IMG/VR virus record: IMGVR_UViG_3300048855_000177
Coordinates: 1 to 48,817 of that record
Strand: one strand, 5' to 3'
Source: a virus
Lineage: Duplodnaviria > Caudoviricetes
Length of the DNA stretch: 48,817 nt
Shown: positions 36,736-44,183 of the stretch, piece after piece
Numbering within the stretch: the first letter of the stretch is position 1
Layout of the letters: every line of letters starts with the position of its first letter
The notes under the pieces: generated by a model
Database searches by the model: none
Told to the model about the DNA's origin: nothing
Seen by the model: only the letters and a program-made list of their open reading frames with translations
Position numbers and translations under genes: made by a program

Positions 36736-37331
36736 GCAGCGACCTCATCGAACTTTGTGGCCTCGTTGCCCCATCCGTCGAAGCCGGGACGCGTTTCGCG
36801 GCTGAACAGATCAGCGCGCCGCAATGCTTTGGGAGTGCAGGCCGTGACATGGTCATAGAACTCGACCGGCTTCCGCGAATGCTCGCGAGCCACGCCGTCG
36901 AAGCGGATATCGAAGATGTCTGTCGACTCGAGAGCCCGGTGCACAGGGTTACCGAGCGTACAGACAAGGATCGGCTCATGCATCGTCCGCACGCGGCAGC
37001 CGGGCCCCATGCGAACGGCGCCAGCGGCGGTGGTCTTCCGCCATGACATCTCTGTCACAGGGGTGAAGCCCCACGCCTTGGCGACTTCCTGCGCCTGACA
37101 GGTTGCCATTGCCCAACCGCAGGTCCACAGCAGCAGCAGGCAGTCACCGCGCGCGATCTGGCCGACCGGCATCGCCTTTATGTCGTCCAGCGACATGCAA
37201 TCGTACTGAGCCTGCGGAGACTTTCCCTCACCGGCCGCAGAACGGAGCTCGAATGTCCACGGCGGATCCGCCACAATCACGTCGTAGCCGAACATCTTCA
37301 TCTCGCCGAAGGGCCAGGTGTCGACCGTCAT
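36732..37331 (-). CDS. MT-A70 family N6-adenine methyltransferase
   Basis: YDVIVADPPW, YDCMSLDDIK, LLLWT, WGF, REHSRKP, LFSR..RPGFDGWGNE. Confidence 0.9.
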   Translation of the reverse strand: MTVDTWPFGEMKMFGYDVIVADPPWTFELRSAAGEGKSPQAQYDCMSLDDIKAMPVGQIARGDCLLLLWTCGWAMATCQAQEVAKAWGFTPVTEMSWRKTTAAGAVRMGPGCRVRTMHEPILVCTLGNPVHRALESTDIFDIRFDGVAREHSRKPVEFYDHVTACTPKALRRADLFSRETRPGFDGWGNEATKFDEVAA

Positions 37332-37513
37332 GCCGAAACCTGCGGAAAGCCGTTGTGCGCAGCTGCAACCAGACGAAACACCATGCCGGCCTGCTCACGC
37401 CGCTCAGCAGCCATAGCCGCGGCCACCCGCTTGCGGCGCAGGCGTCGTTTCCAGTTCTCGTGCTTGGGGTTTTCAGCCGGGCGGACGGCAGTTTTTTTGA
37501 TGTGCTTGGTCAT
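37328..37513 (-). CDS. Small basic hypothetical protein
   Basis: Coupled on both sides. Confidence 0.55.
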   Translation of the reverse strand: MTKHIKKTAVRPAENPKHENWKRRLRRKRVAAAMAAERREQAGMVFRLVAAAHNGFPQVSA

Positions 37514-37908
37514 CAGACCGACATCTCCGCTGTGTTGCTCAAAGCTGTGGCCAGCATCGCGCGCAATTGAGTTTTGCTCTGCTCGCCAATCTTGGGCAGT
37601 TGGTTCCGATACTCCGGCGACGTCTTGCTGACCGGCGGCAGCCCGGCCGCCTTACGAGTCTCCGCAACCACCTTGTGCTTATGCTTTTGCTTCGTGGCCT
37701 TGATGCGGGTCCGTTCGCGCTCTAGGAACGCTGCGCGCTCCGCAGCTGTGTGCCTGGCGATAGTCACGCCGTAGAAAGCTGCCGCCGAAACGACGCTATT
37801 GATGCTGACCCCGAGCGCGGTCGCAACTTCGGAGTGAGCGAGGCCCTCTGCGGCCAGGCCGCGCATCTGTCCTATCGTTGTGTCGTTCCAAAATGATCCC
37901 CGGCGCAT
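37513..37908 (-). CDS. GcrA-like N-terminal HTH protein
   Basis: WNDTTIGQMRGLAAEGLAHSEVATALGVSINSVVS resembles the GcrA N-terminal HTH. Confidence 0.6.
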   Translation of the reverse strand: MRRGSFWNDTTIGQMRGLAAEGLAHSEVATALGVSINSVVSAAAFYGVTIARHTAAERAAFLERERTRIKATKQKHKHKVVAETRKAAGLPPVSKTSPEYRNQLPKIGEQSKTQLRAMLATALSNTAEMSV

Positions 37909-38507
37909 CAGATTCCAGCCCCTGCTGATATTCTTGCTTTGAGATAATTGACGCGGTCGGCGACTGTCGGGTCTGCCTCGACCATTGCGGCGATCTTCCT
38001 GACGGCATGGATCGCCGTAGTGTGGTCACGATTGCCGAAGCGCCTTGCAATTTCAGGAAGCGATCGGGGCGTCATCTGGCGCGCGAGATACATCGCGATC
38101 TGGCGCGGGAGAACGATGTCTTTCGTCCGCCGGGGCGAGATCAGGTCCATACGGGTGACGCCGTATTCGCGCGCTATCGCCCGCTGCACACGATCGATCG
38201 AAATGACCGGAGCGGGGTCAACTGCTGCACCCAAATCCAGCGCAGCGTCCGCCGAGACGAACACCGCATTGCATTCGACGGGAACGATATCGACCGGCAG
38301 TGCTGTCGCTTGGTCTTGAGAAATGGGAATGACGACAGCTGAACCGGGGCGCTCTGTGATCACCTCGGAGGCCGACGCTGCACCGATGCGTTGCGCAAGA
38401 TCGGCGGCCCGCTTCAGGATGGCGACCTCGAAGGACCGCTTTTGCTTTCGGGCGTCGATCTGCGAAGGCGTTTGACCTGCGCGCGGGTCATGGAGAACGC
38501 TGCTCAT
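37908..38507 (-). CDS. DnaA C-terminal (Bac_DnaA_C) DNA-binding domain protein
   Basis: DLISPRRTKDIVLPRQIAMYLARQMTPRSLPEIARRFGNRDHTTAIHAVRKI; no AAA+ domain. Confidence 0.88.
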   Translation of the reverse strand: MSSVLHDPRAGQTPSQIDARKQKRSFEVAILKRAADLAQRIGAASASEVITERPGSAVVIPISQDQATALPVDIVPVECNAVFVSADAALDLGAAVDPAPVISIDRVQRAIAREYGVTRMDLISPRRTKDIVLPRQIAMYLARQMTPRSLPEIARRFGNRDHTTAIHAVRKIAAMVEADPTVADRVNYLKARISAGAGI

Positions 38508-38899
38508 CGTCCCCTCCCCGCGTGGGCTCGCTTGGCGGACGAGCCATGAGCCAGGGCGCGATCACCTCCGACAGATCCAATAAGTTGTGGCCCCGCCGCG
38601 CGCACCATCTGGCCACGGCTGTTCGCAGCCTCCGCGGCAATCCTTGATTCAACCATGAGCAGCCGGGTTCTGAGATCTCTGATCTCATTGCGCGCTTCCT
38701 CTTCCCGCCTCTGTTCCAAGGCTTGTTCGATTTGCTGGGCTTCATGCGCGTCAATTCGGCGAGCGCGGCCGTACCAAATATTGAAAGCACGTGCGTAAGG
38801 GAGGCCGGCAACACGAGCTGCGCGACCGATAGCAACCTTGATGTGGTCGCCAACCGGGCGAGGCTCTGCGAGCTCCATCAGGGCATTCGCGAAGGGCAT
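38504..38899 (-). CDS. CII-like transcriptional regulator
   Basis: GDHIKVAIGRAARVAGL.YARAFNIWYGRARRI HTH; position after cro; AGGGGG RBS. Confidence 0.6.
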   Translation of the reverse strand: MPFANALMELAEPRPVGDHIKVAIGRAARVAGLPYARAFNIWYGRARRIDAHEAQQIEQALEQRREEEARNEIRDLRTRLLMVESRIAAEAANSRGQMVRAAGPQLIGSVGGDRALAHGSSAKRAHAGRGR

Positions 38900-38911
38900 T
38901 ACGCACGCCCC

Positions 38912-38940
38912 CTTGCAAGCTTTTTGCAAGACCTTGCAAG
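38912..38940 (+). promoter_or_regulatory. TTGCAAG triple direct repeat, PRE-like CII site
   Basis: TTGC at 38913, 38924, 38934; the last pair is TTGC-N6-TTGC. Confidence 0.5.
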
Positions 38941-39380
38941 CCTAAGGGCAAATAAAACCAACATGATTTTGCCTTTCGAATTTCAGGTGGTTGGGATGGA
39001 CGTGGTGGAAGACGACTTCGAGATGATCCTGCTCGCAGCTGCGACCAGAAACGTCGTCGCGTTCCTGATGGAGACGCGCGATGAAAGAGCGGCGACGCCC
39101 GAAGACGCCGCCGCTAAGTCAAGGGAGGAAACGCCCAAGGAGGGCTGCCCGAAGGCTGGCGCGCCGCGATCGGAATCCGCGACGACTGAATGGGGTGCGG
39201 CAGCTACCGGGGGGACGGCAGCCGCCGCGCTCTCTGCACCGCTTGGGGTCAATGCTGAGAGATCTGAAAATGAAGTGACGACTGCACCACAGGACGCGGG
39301 GGGCGTGGGCGCAGCCGTCACGCTCGCATCGAGAGAGCGACCTGCCGATGCGAGATTCGAAAGTGGGGTGGCTGCACCAG

Positions 39381-40007
39381 TCATGCAGCACCCGCAGTCT
39401 TCTTGCGAATTCTCGCTATGACATTTCGGACTGCGCCATGTTGAACAGGATTGGCAATAAACGCCTCGAGAACAGCAACCTCATCAAGGGTCGGCGGCAC
39501 CGGCTTTCTTGGTTCGCGGTAGTGATCGCGCCCGTACCAACGTTCGAGAATGTCACTCACCAACTTCGGATAGGCAAAATGGACAATCTGCTCGTCCGAA
39601 TCCTCACGAAGCTTCTTGCAGGCCCAGCGCACGCGCGAGCTGACGGACCGGTAACGGGTCTCGTCCTCGGAGATCGCTCGACGGACTTTGATGCTGCCGA
39701 TCGGTTTGAGTTTCTCGCGAGCGGGCTCAATCGAGCCAGCTTGCAGCATGGCAGCTATGGTAGCTCGCAGGCGCGGAGCGGAATGAAACCATTCACGATG
39801 GAAATGAAGGTCTGCGAAGCACTGATGCAGGAAGCTTTCTTCCTTGTAACCACCGGGTATGCTTCCGATTACCTCCAAGGGAAGCGGAGACCAAACTGCT
39901 ATCTGCTCCAGGCGACCTGCGGGGACGGACGAGCAGCCAATCTTTATCGGTCCGTCAAGACCGACAGGTTTTATAAAATAGACGAGCTGCGGGCGCGAGG
40001 ATGTCAT
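39381..40007 (-). CDS. GIY-YIG superfamily (T5orf172/MUG113-like) protein
   Basis: VYFI...PIKIGCS..PAGRL..I...SP..LEVI...E..LH..F...HREWF. Confidence 0.8.
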   Translation of the reverse strand: MTSSRPQLVYFIKPVGLDGPIKIGCSSVPAGRLEQIAVWSPLPLEVIGSIPGGYKEESFLHQCFADLHFHREWFHSAPRLRATIAAMLQAGSIEPAREKLKPIGSIKVRRAISEDETRYRSVSSRVRWACKKLREDSDEQIVHFAYPKLVSDILERWYGRDHYREPRKPVPPTLDEVAVLEAFIANPVQHGAVRNVIARIRKKTAGAA

Positions 40008-40225
40008 GCTGCGCCTGCCTGTTCGGGTGAACGGGCGGCGACATTCGCAGCGAGCATCTCGGCTGCGGTCGCGGAGGCCAGCGGCATAACGATGGGCCAG
40101 TGGCGATCAGGGATGCCGATCTTGGACCACTTATAGACGGCCTCGACCGACACAGCGCCAACGGAAGCGGTCGCTATTGCAAGCGGCCCGCCAGCGTCTT
40201 TTATGATCGTGGAAACAGTTCGCAT
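40004..40225 (-). CDS. cro: Cro-like repressor
   Basis: IIKDAGG..AIA...SVEAVYKW...GIPDRHW; divergent from cI. Confidence 0.8.
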   Translation of the reverse strand: MRTVSTIIKDAGGPLAIATASVGAVSVEAVYKWSKIGIPDRHWPIVMPLASATAAEMLAANVAARSPEQAGAA

Positions 40226-40232
40226 GCATCTG

Positions 40233-40304
40233 GATATACTGGAATTAAATTCCAGACACAAGGCCTACGAATTCCATACCGAAAATAATTCCAGTTCCTA
40301 TTGT
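40233..40304. promoter_or_regulatory. OR operator region with PR and PRM
   Basis: 17-bp palindrome CTGGAATTAAATTCCAG (40239-40255) fills the TTGTGT-N17-TATATC spacer; related site ACCGAAAATAATTCCAG (40278-40294); TATTGT -10 at 40299-40304. Confidence 0.8.
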
Positions 40305-40310
40305 GCGGCG

Positions 40311-41039
40311 ATGCAATGGAACGACCGCTTAATCAAGCTTCTCAATGACAAGGGATGGTCGGTTCCCGACCTCGCTCGATCGATGGGCAGCGCGGAGGAA
40401 ATACCGTCTCTCACCGAGCGACTGTACAAATACGCAAAACCGTCCGCCGAAGGCGGCAAGCCCGTCCCGAGCCCTCGGGGCAACATGATGGCGAAAATTG
40501 CTGCTGCTTTAGGCGAGAGCGAGGAGTACCTGCGTTTCGGCGCGCGCGCGGATTCGGCCGTCCCAGCTGCGAAAGAAGCCATTCTCGGACCCGACGTCTC
40601 GGATGCCCGTCGCGGACCGCGCGATGTCCCGGTGCTGGGGATCACGGTTGGTGGCGATACAGACGACGATGATGACAGGGATCCGGACTTCTGGCTCAAT
40701 GGCGAAGTGGTCAACTACGTGGTTCGCCCGTCAGGCCTTTCGCATGTGAAGGACCTTTTTTCCCTTTACGTGCAAGGGGATTCGATGTGGCCTAGGTACG
40801 AAGAGAACGACCTTATCTTTCTAACGAAAGCCGCGCCCGCGATCGGCGACGACGTGGTGATCGAGCTTCACAAAAAAGCGGAAGACGGCGATCACGCGAC
40901 GTTCGTGAAGCGGCTGGTGCGCCGGCGCGGCTCATATCTGACCGTTCGCCAGTACAATCCGGACAAGGAGATCGACTTCTCCATCAAGGAAATCAGAAAC
41001 CTTTTCCGGGTGATACCGACGAAAGAGTGGGTTGGCTGA
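40311..41039 (+). CDS. cI: CI-like repressor (HTH plus S24 peptidase)
   Basis: N-terminal HTH (GWSVPDLARSMG...KIAAALG..EEYLRFG); S24 catalytic motifs VQGDSMWP and FVKRL. Confidence 0.9.
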   Translation: MQWNDRLIKLLNDKGWSVPDLARSMGSAEEIPSLTERLYKYAKPSAEGGKPVPSPRGNMMAKIAAALGESEEYLRFGARADSAVPAAKEAILGPDVSDARRGPRDVPVLGITVGGDTDDDDDRDPDFWLNGEVVNYVVRPSGLSHVKDLFSLYVQGDSMWPRYEENDLIFLTKAAPAIGDDVVIELHKKAEDGDHATFVKRLVRRRGSYLTVRQYNPDKEIDFSIKEIRNLFRVIPTKEWVG

Positions 41040-41273
41040 TCAGCCGAACTCGGCCGGGGTTTCTCCGAATGTGGCGACGACGACCGGCGGCTCGAATTCC
41101 CCGAACTCCGGCTCCCCGGTGACCGAGAAGACGACCACGCCGACGGAATGCTCGGCCGCCTTCTCCCCCCGAACCTTCGCCTGTTCTGGCGTCTTGCATA
41201 GCTCAGGCTGTGCGCCGATGAGCATGCGACCCTTCTTGCGGAATTTCTGCACGAAATGCTGTGTTTCTGACAT
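41040..41273 (-). CDS. Small hypothetical protein (paralogue of 43793-44035)
   Basis: FVQKF...GVVVFSVTGEPEFGEFEPPVVVATFGETP; GGAG RBS. Confidence 0.7.
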   Translation of the reverse strand: MSETQHFVQKFRKKGRMLIGAQPELCKTPEQAKVRGEKAAEHSVGVVVFSVTGEPEFGEFEPPVVVATFGETPAEFG

Positions 41274-41421
41274 CGCTACACTCCACTGTTAATTCACGAG
41301 CCTCGCCGCCTTGTTGGCGGCATTCTGGACAGTAGAGGCGGCGCCAATTTGTATCGGCAGGCAGTTGAAGACGGCCAAAACGACCGCAATCACGACAGGA
41401 AATCGATACCGAGACAATCAT
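41203..41421 (-). CDS. Zinc-ribbon protein under a LexA box
   Basis: CRDC...CPEC; AAGGGGG RBS; SOS box 17 nt upstream. Confidence 0.6.
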   Translation of the reverse strand: MIVSVSISCRDCGRFGRLQLPADTNWRRLYCPECRQQGGEARELTVECSDVRNTAFRAEIPQEGSHAHRRTA

Positions 41422-41437
41422 ACGCCGCCCCCTTAAT

Positions 41438-41452
41438 GTTCTTCTTTCGTTC
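41438..41452 (-). promoter_or_regulatory. Alphaproteobacterial LexA (SOS) box
   Basis: GTTC-TTCTTTC-GTTC on + (GAAC-N7-GAAC on -), upstream of the 41421 start. Confidence 0.75.
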
Positions 41453-41576
41453 TATAAAAGCGGAGGCCTTAACGGTTGTCGAGTCTGATTCGCGCAGCCG
41501 GGGCGATTCTTTTGGATAGCTTGCCCTCGACCGCAAGTTGCGATTGGGTGCGAAGAAACGGGGGAGGAATATCGAG

Positions 41577-42092
41577 ATGAAACTGGTTGTCACCGCAGCC
41601 GCTATAGCTGCTGGATTTCTGTTGGCGGGATGCCAGACGGCTCAGCCGCCTAGCACGGCGAGCGGTAAGGCTGAGGTCACGATTAAAGCGCCCGTTGGCG
41701 CCATCAAATCGGCGATTATCTCGCGGGCGATCAACGTCAAGTACAGCGTTACAAAAGACACGGAGTATCTTCTCCAAATGGAGAAGCCTTCCGATAACTT
41801 CGGCGCAGCACTCTTGCTCGGATCCAAGTACGATTCCGTCCCTGCCGAGCGCGCAGTTTTCACCTTTGCTCCACAAGGCGACACTGTCCGCGTAGTCGCT
41901 GCGCTAATGTACGTCACCAATCCAGGCTCGGGCTTCGAACGCTTGACGCCGGTGAACGCTGGAGAAGGCGTCGATCGGACGCAGGCAAGCCTGTACGAGA
42001 TCAAAGACCAACTCGAAACGCCACCCCCCGCGCCTGCGGCGTCAAGGCCAAAACCTCGTACCGCATCGACAGGCGCGAAGCCCGGCACATAG
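41577..42092 (+). CDS. Lipoprotein (superinfection-exclusion candidate)
   Basis: GGAGG RBS; signal peptide with LAGC lipobox. Confidence 0.8.
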   Translation: MKLVVTAAAIAAGFLLAGCQTAQPPSTASGKAEVTIKAPVGAIKSAIISRAINVKYSVTKDTEYLLQMEKPSDNFGAALLLGSKYDSVPAERAVFTFAPQGDTVRVVAALMYVTNPGSGFERLTPVNAGEGVDRTQASLYEIKDQLETPPPAPAASRPKPRTASTGAKPGT

Positions 42093-42170
42093 CTTTTCTA
42101 AGAGATGGGCGAGAGGCGCTTGCCCTCACTTGTGAGTTGCGGAATTGTCTCCGCGACATGGGGGCTGCGT

Positions 42171-43286
42171 ATGACAACGAGAAACGATTCGAATTCACCG
42201 GCCGATGCTGCCAAGGATCTGGCGGAGAGCGTTCTAGCTTGGGCTAAAAAGCATAACCTATTTTCTAAGGTGCCGCTCGACGAAGCTGTCGACGTACCTG
42301 CGGACCCCTCGTTCAATAGGGAGTCGGCCTTCCGCGCGCACGCGGTAGAGGAGATCCTGCGCAAGCGATCGATCAACCTGATCGGTTACAATGAGCCGGA
42401 AAAAAAGGTCGTCGTGTTTTTGCAGGGGAAACTGAGCAAGTCCGACGAAAAGATTCTGCCCTTCCACACAGACGGCGTAACATTCGAGTACATTCAAGGC
42501 GGCATTGCGCAAGTCAAAGGTCACCCTCCCGCGCCCGAGGCTCCGAAGCCGTTCTACCAACACGGCGGCCGCTACAGCTGCGGTTCTTCGATTTACCCGG
42601 CGCACTGTATTGGCGCGGGCACTCTCGGACTACTTGCAATGGACGCTGCGGGGGTCTTATTCGGCGTGTCCAACAATCACGTCACCGGCGCCTGCAACAA
42701 TGCCATGCCGGGACTTCCCATTTTAGCCCCCGGCCCTCTTGATGCCACCGAGGACGCCTGCGACCCTTTCACAGTTGGGCGTCACGCTCGGCTGTTGCCG
42801 ATAAATGACGGAATTCCTGAAAACATCTCGATTGACGTAAACTGCGATGCCGGCGCGTTTCAAATTACCGACGTGGACAGAGTCACTTCGATGCAGGGAA
42901 CGCTTTATGATACGCCGTCCTTGGTCGCCGAACCCACGCCAGGCATGATTGTTGAAAAGATTGGCAGAACCACGGGTCGCACGCGCGGGAGGATTGTGGC
43001 AGTATCAGCATCGCCGGTGCCGGTCAGTTACAACGTTACCGAATACGCCGTCCGGAAAAATGTCTACTTTCCAAGGGTATATATCGTCTTAGGCGATAAT
43101 GAGCAGCCATTCTCCAAACCGGGAGATTCCGGTTCGCTGGTTGTCTCGATAGATGCAGACGGAAACCGGAAGAGTGTCGGCTTAGTCTTTGCCGGAAATG
43201 AACAAAGGGCATTATCGTTCATTTTACCCCTTCCTGAGATACTACAGAAGCTCCAATTGACAATTGTGTCAGGGCACCATGTCTAG
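42171..43286 (+). CDS. Trypsin-like serine protease (Nal1-like), no signal peptide
   Basis: GTLG, SNNHV (His), NCDAG (Asp), KIGRTTGRTRG, FSKPGDSGSLV (Ser), VGLVFAG. Confidence 0.88.
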   Translation: MTTRNDSNSPADAAKDLAESVLAWAKKHNLFSKVPLDEAVDVPADPSFNRESAFRAHAVEEILRKRSINLIGYNEPEKKVVVFLQGKLSKSDEKILPFHTDGVTFEYIQGGIAQVKGHPPAPEAPKPFYQHGGRYSCGSSIYPAHCIGAGTLGLLAMDAAGVLFGVSNNHVTGACNNAMPGLPILAPGPLDATEDACDPFTVGRHARLLPINDGIPENISIDVNCDAGAFQITDVDRVTSMQGTLYDTPSLVAEPTPGMIVEKIGRTTGRTRGRIVAVSASPVPVSYNVTEYAVRKNVYFPRVYIVLGDNEQPFSKPGDSGSLVVSIDADGNRKSVGLVFAGNEQRALSFILPLPEILQKLQLTIVSGHHV

Positions 43287-43524
43287 CGATGCGCAAAACA
43301 TAACCTCGGCTGCGCGAGCGCTCGCAAAGTCGATCGATATACCGAGCAGTAGAGGCAGCGTGTTCGCTTGGGTGGATGGTATCGAGGCCCGCATCGTGAT
43401 CGCGGCTGACGCAAAGTGGCTCGCGGCGAATCGTAAGGTTCCGGAAAGCTACCGCGGCTTCGCTGTTGTCGTTGAAGACCCCGTGTGTGGAACCGCACAC
43501 AGACGTTTAGCTTCGGCCCACTGA
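43279..43524 (+). CDS. Small partner of the protease (pro-domain-like)
   Basis: ATGTCTAG overlap with protease stop; RIVIAAD...KVPESYRGFAVVVE. Confidence 0.7.
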   Translation: MSSDAQNITSAARALAKSIDIPSSRGSVFAWVDGIEARIVIAADAKWLAANRKVPESYRGFAVVVEDPVCGTAHRRLASAH

Positions 43525-43526
43525 GC

Positions 43527-43796
43527 TTATTCGGGAAGCAAATTGATTGCGGCTACAATCATGACATCCCAAGTTACTTCGGGCATCCTTTCCCCCGACT
43601 GAACTTCATAAGCGGCATCTATCATGGCCGCGGTCGGCTCCCGCATGGCCTCGATGGCGGCTCGGGCTTCCGCATGAGCGAGGCCGACAAAGCTGTGATT
43701 CAGTCGAACGATCTCATCCCAGCTTTCGCCAAGGCCCGTGCGCTGCGCCCACGTCTCATAAATCGCCCGCGCCACTCGCTCGATCATCTCGCTCAT
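43527..43796 (-). CDS. Phage hypothetical protein
   Basis: MSEMIERVARAI...ARAAIEAMREPTAAMIDA motif. Confidence 0.75.
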   Translation of the reverse strand: MSEMIERVARAIYETWAQRTGLGESWDEIVRLNHSFVGLAHAEARAAIEAMREPTAAMIDAAYEVQSGERMPEVTWDVMIVAAINLLPE

Positions 43797-44035
43797 GATC
43801 TTCCTCCCAGGTCTCTCGGAACCTCACCGAACCGCGCTATAACGTTCGGCGGCGTGAATTCATCGGCGTCAGGGTCCGTCGGTCGATCGACCACCACCGC
43901 GCCGCCAGCCCCAGCCAATGCCTCCGCGCGGCGAAGGGCGATGGCCTTGGACGGTGCCTCGCTCGGCCGGAGCCACTTCAGCATCCCGCGCGCGTTCACC
44001 TCGAAGCCCTGCACGATATAAACGGCATTCGCCAC
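43793..44035 (-). CDS. Small hypothetical protein (paralogue of 41040-41273)
   Basis: YIVQGF...ALRRAEALA...DPDADEFTPPNVIARFGEVP; GGGGAGGG RBS. Confidence 0.7.
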   Translation of the reverse strand: MANAVYIVQGFEVNARGMLKWLRPSEAPSKAIALRRAEALAGAGGAVVVDRPTDPDADEFTPPNVIARFGEVPRDLGGRS

Positions 44036-44080
44036 GACACCCTCCCCGCCGCACCATGCGACTGAGGGAGGATAGTCTAT

Positions 44081-44137
44081 CCGGAATTATTTTCCATATA
44101 GCTGTTGACAAATTCCGGTTCTGGAATTATTTTCCAG
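44081..44137 (+). promoter_or_regulatory. OL operators and PL promoter
   Basis: CCGGAATTATTTTCCAT (44081-44097) and CTGGAATTATTTTCCAG (44121-44137) match the OR sites; TTGACA-N17-TATTTT at 44105-44133. Confidence 0.85.
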
Positions 44138-44183
44138 ATCGGGACTGAGGGTTCTCTCTCCCATCAGATCGGGAGAGCGCTTC

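Noticed and set aside
37908-38507. Chromosomal dnaA gene
   Set aside because: Only domain IV is present; no AAA+ domain; phage operon context
38723-39421. 232-aa plus-strand and 133-aa minus-strand ORFs between the cII-like and GIY-YIG genes
   Set aside because: Low-complexity, no motifs, mutually overlapping; a shorter gene from ~38996 (MDVVEDDFEM) is possible but unsupported
39348-40136. 262-aa plus-strand ORF
   Set aside because: Antisense to the GIY-YIG and cro genes, which have clear family motifs
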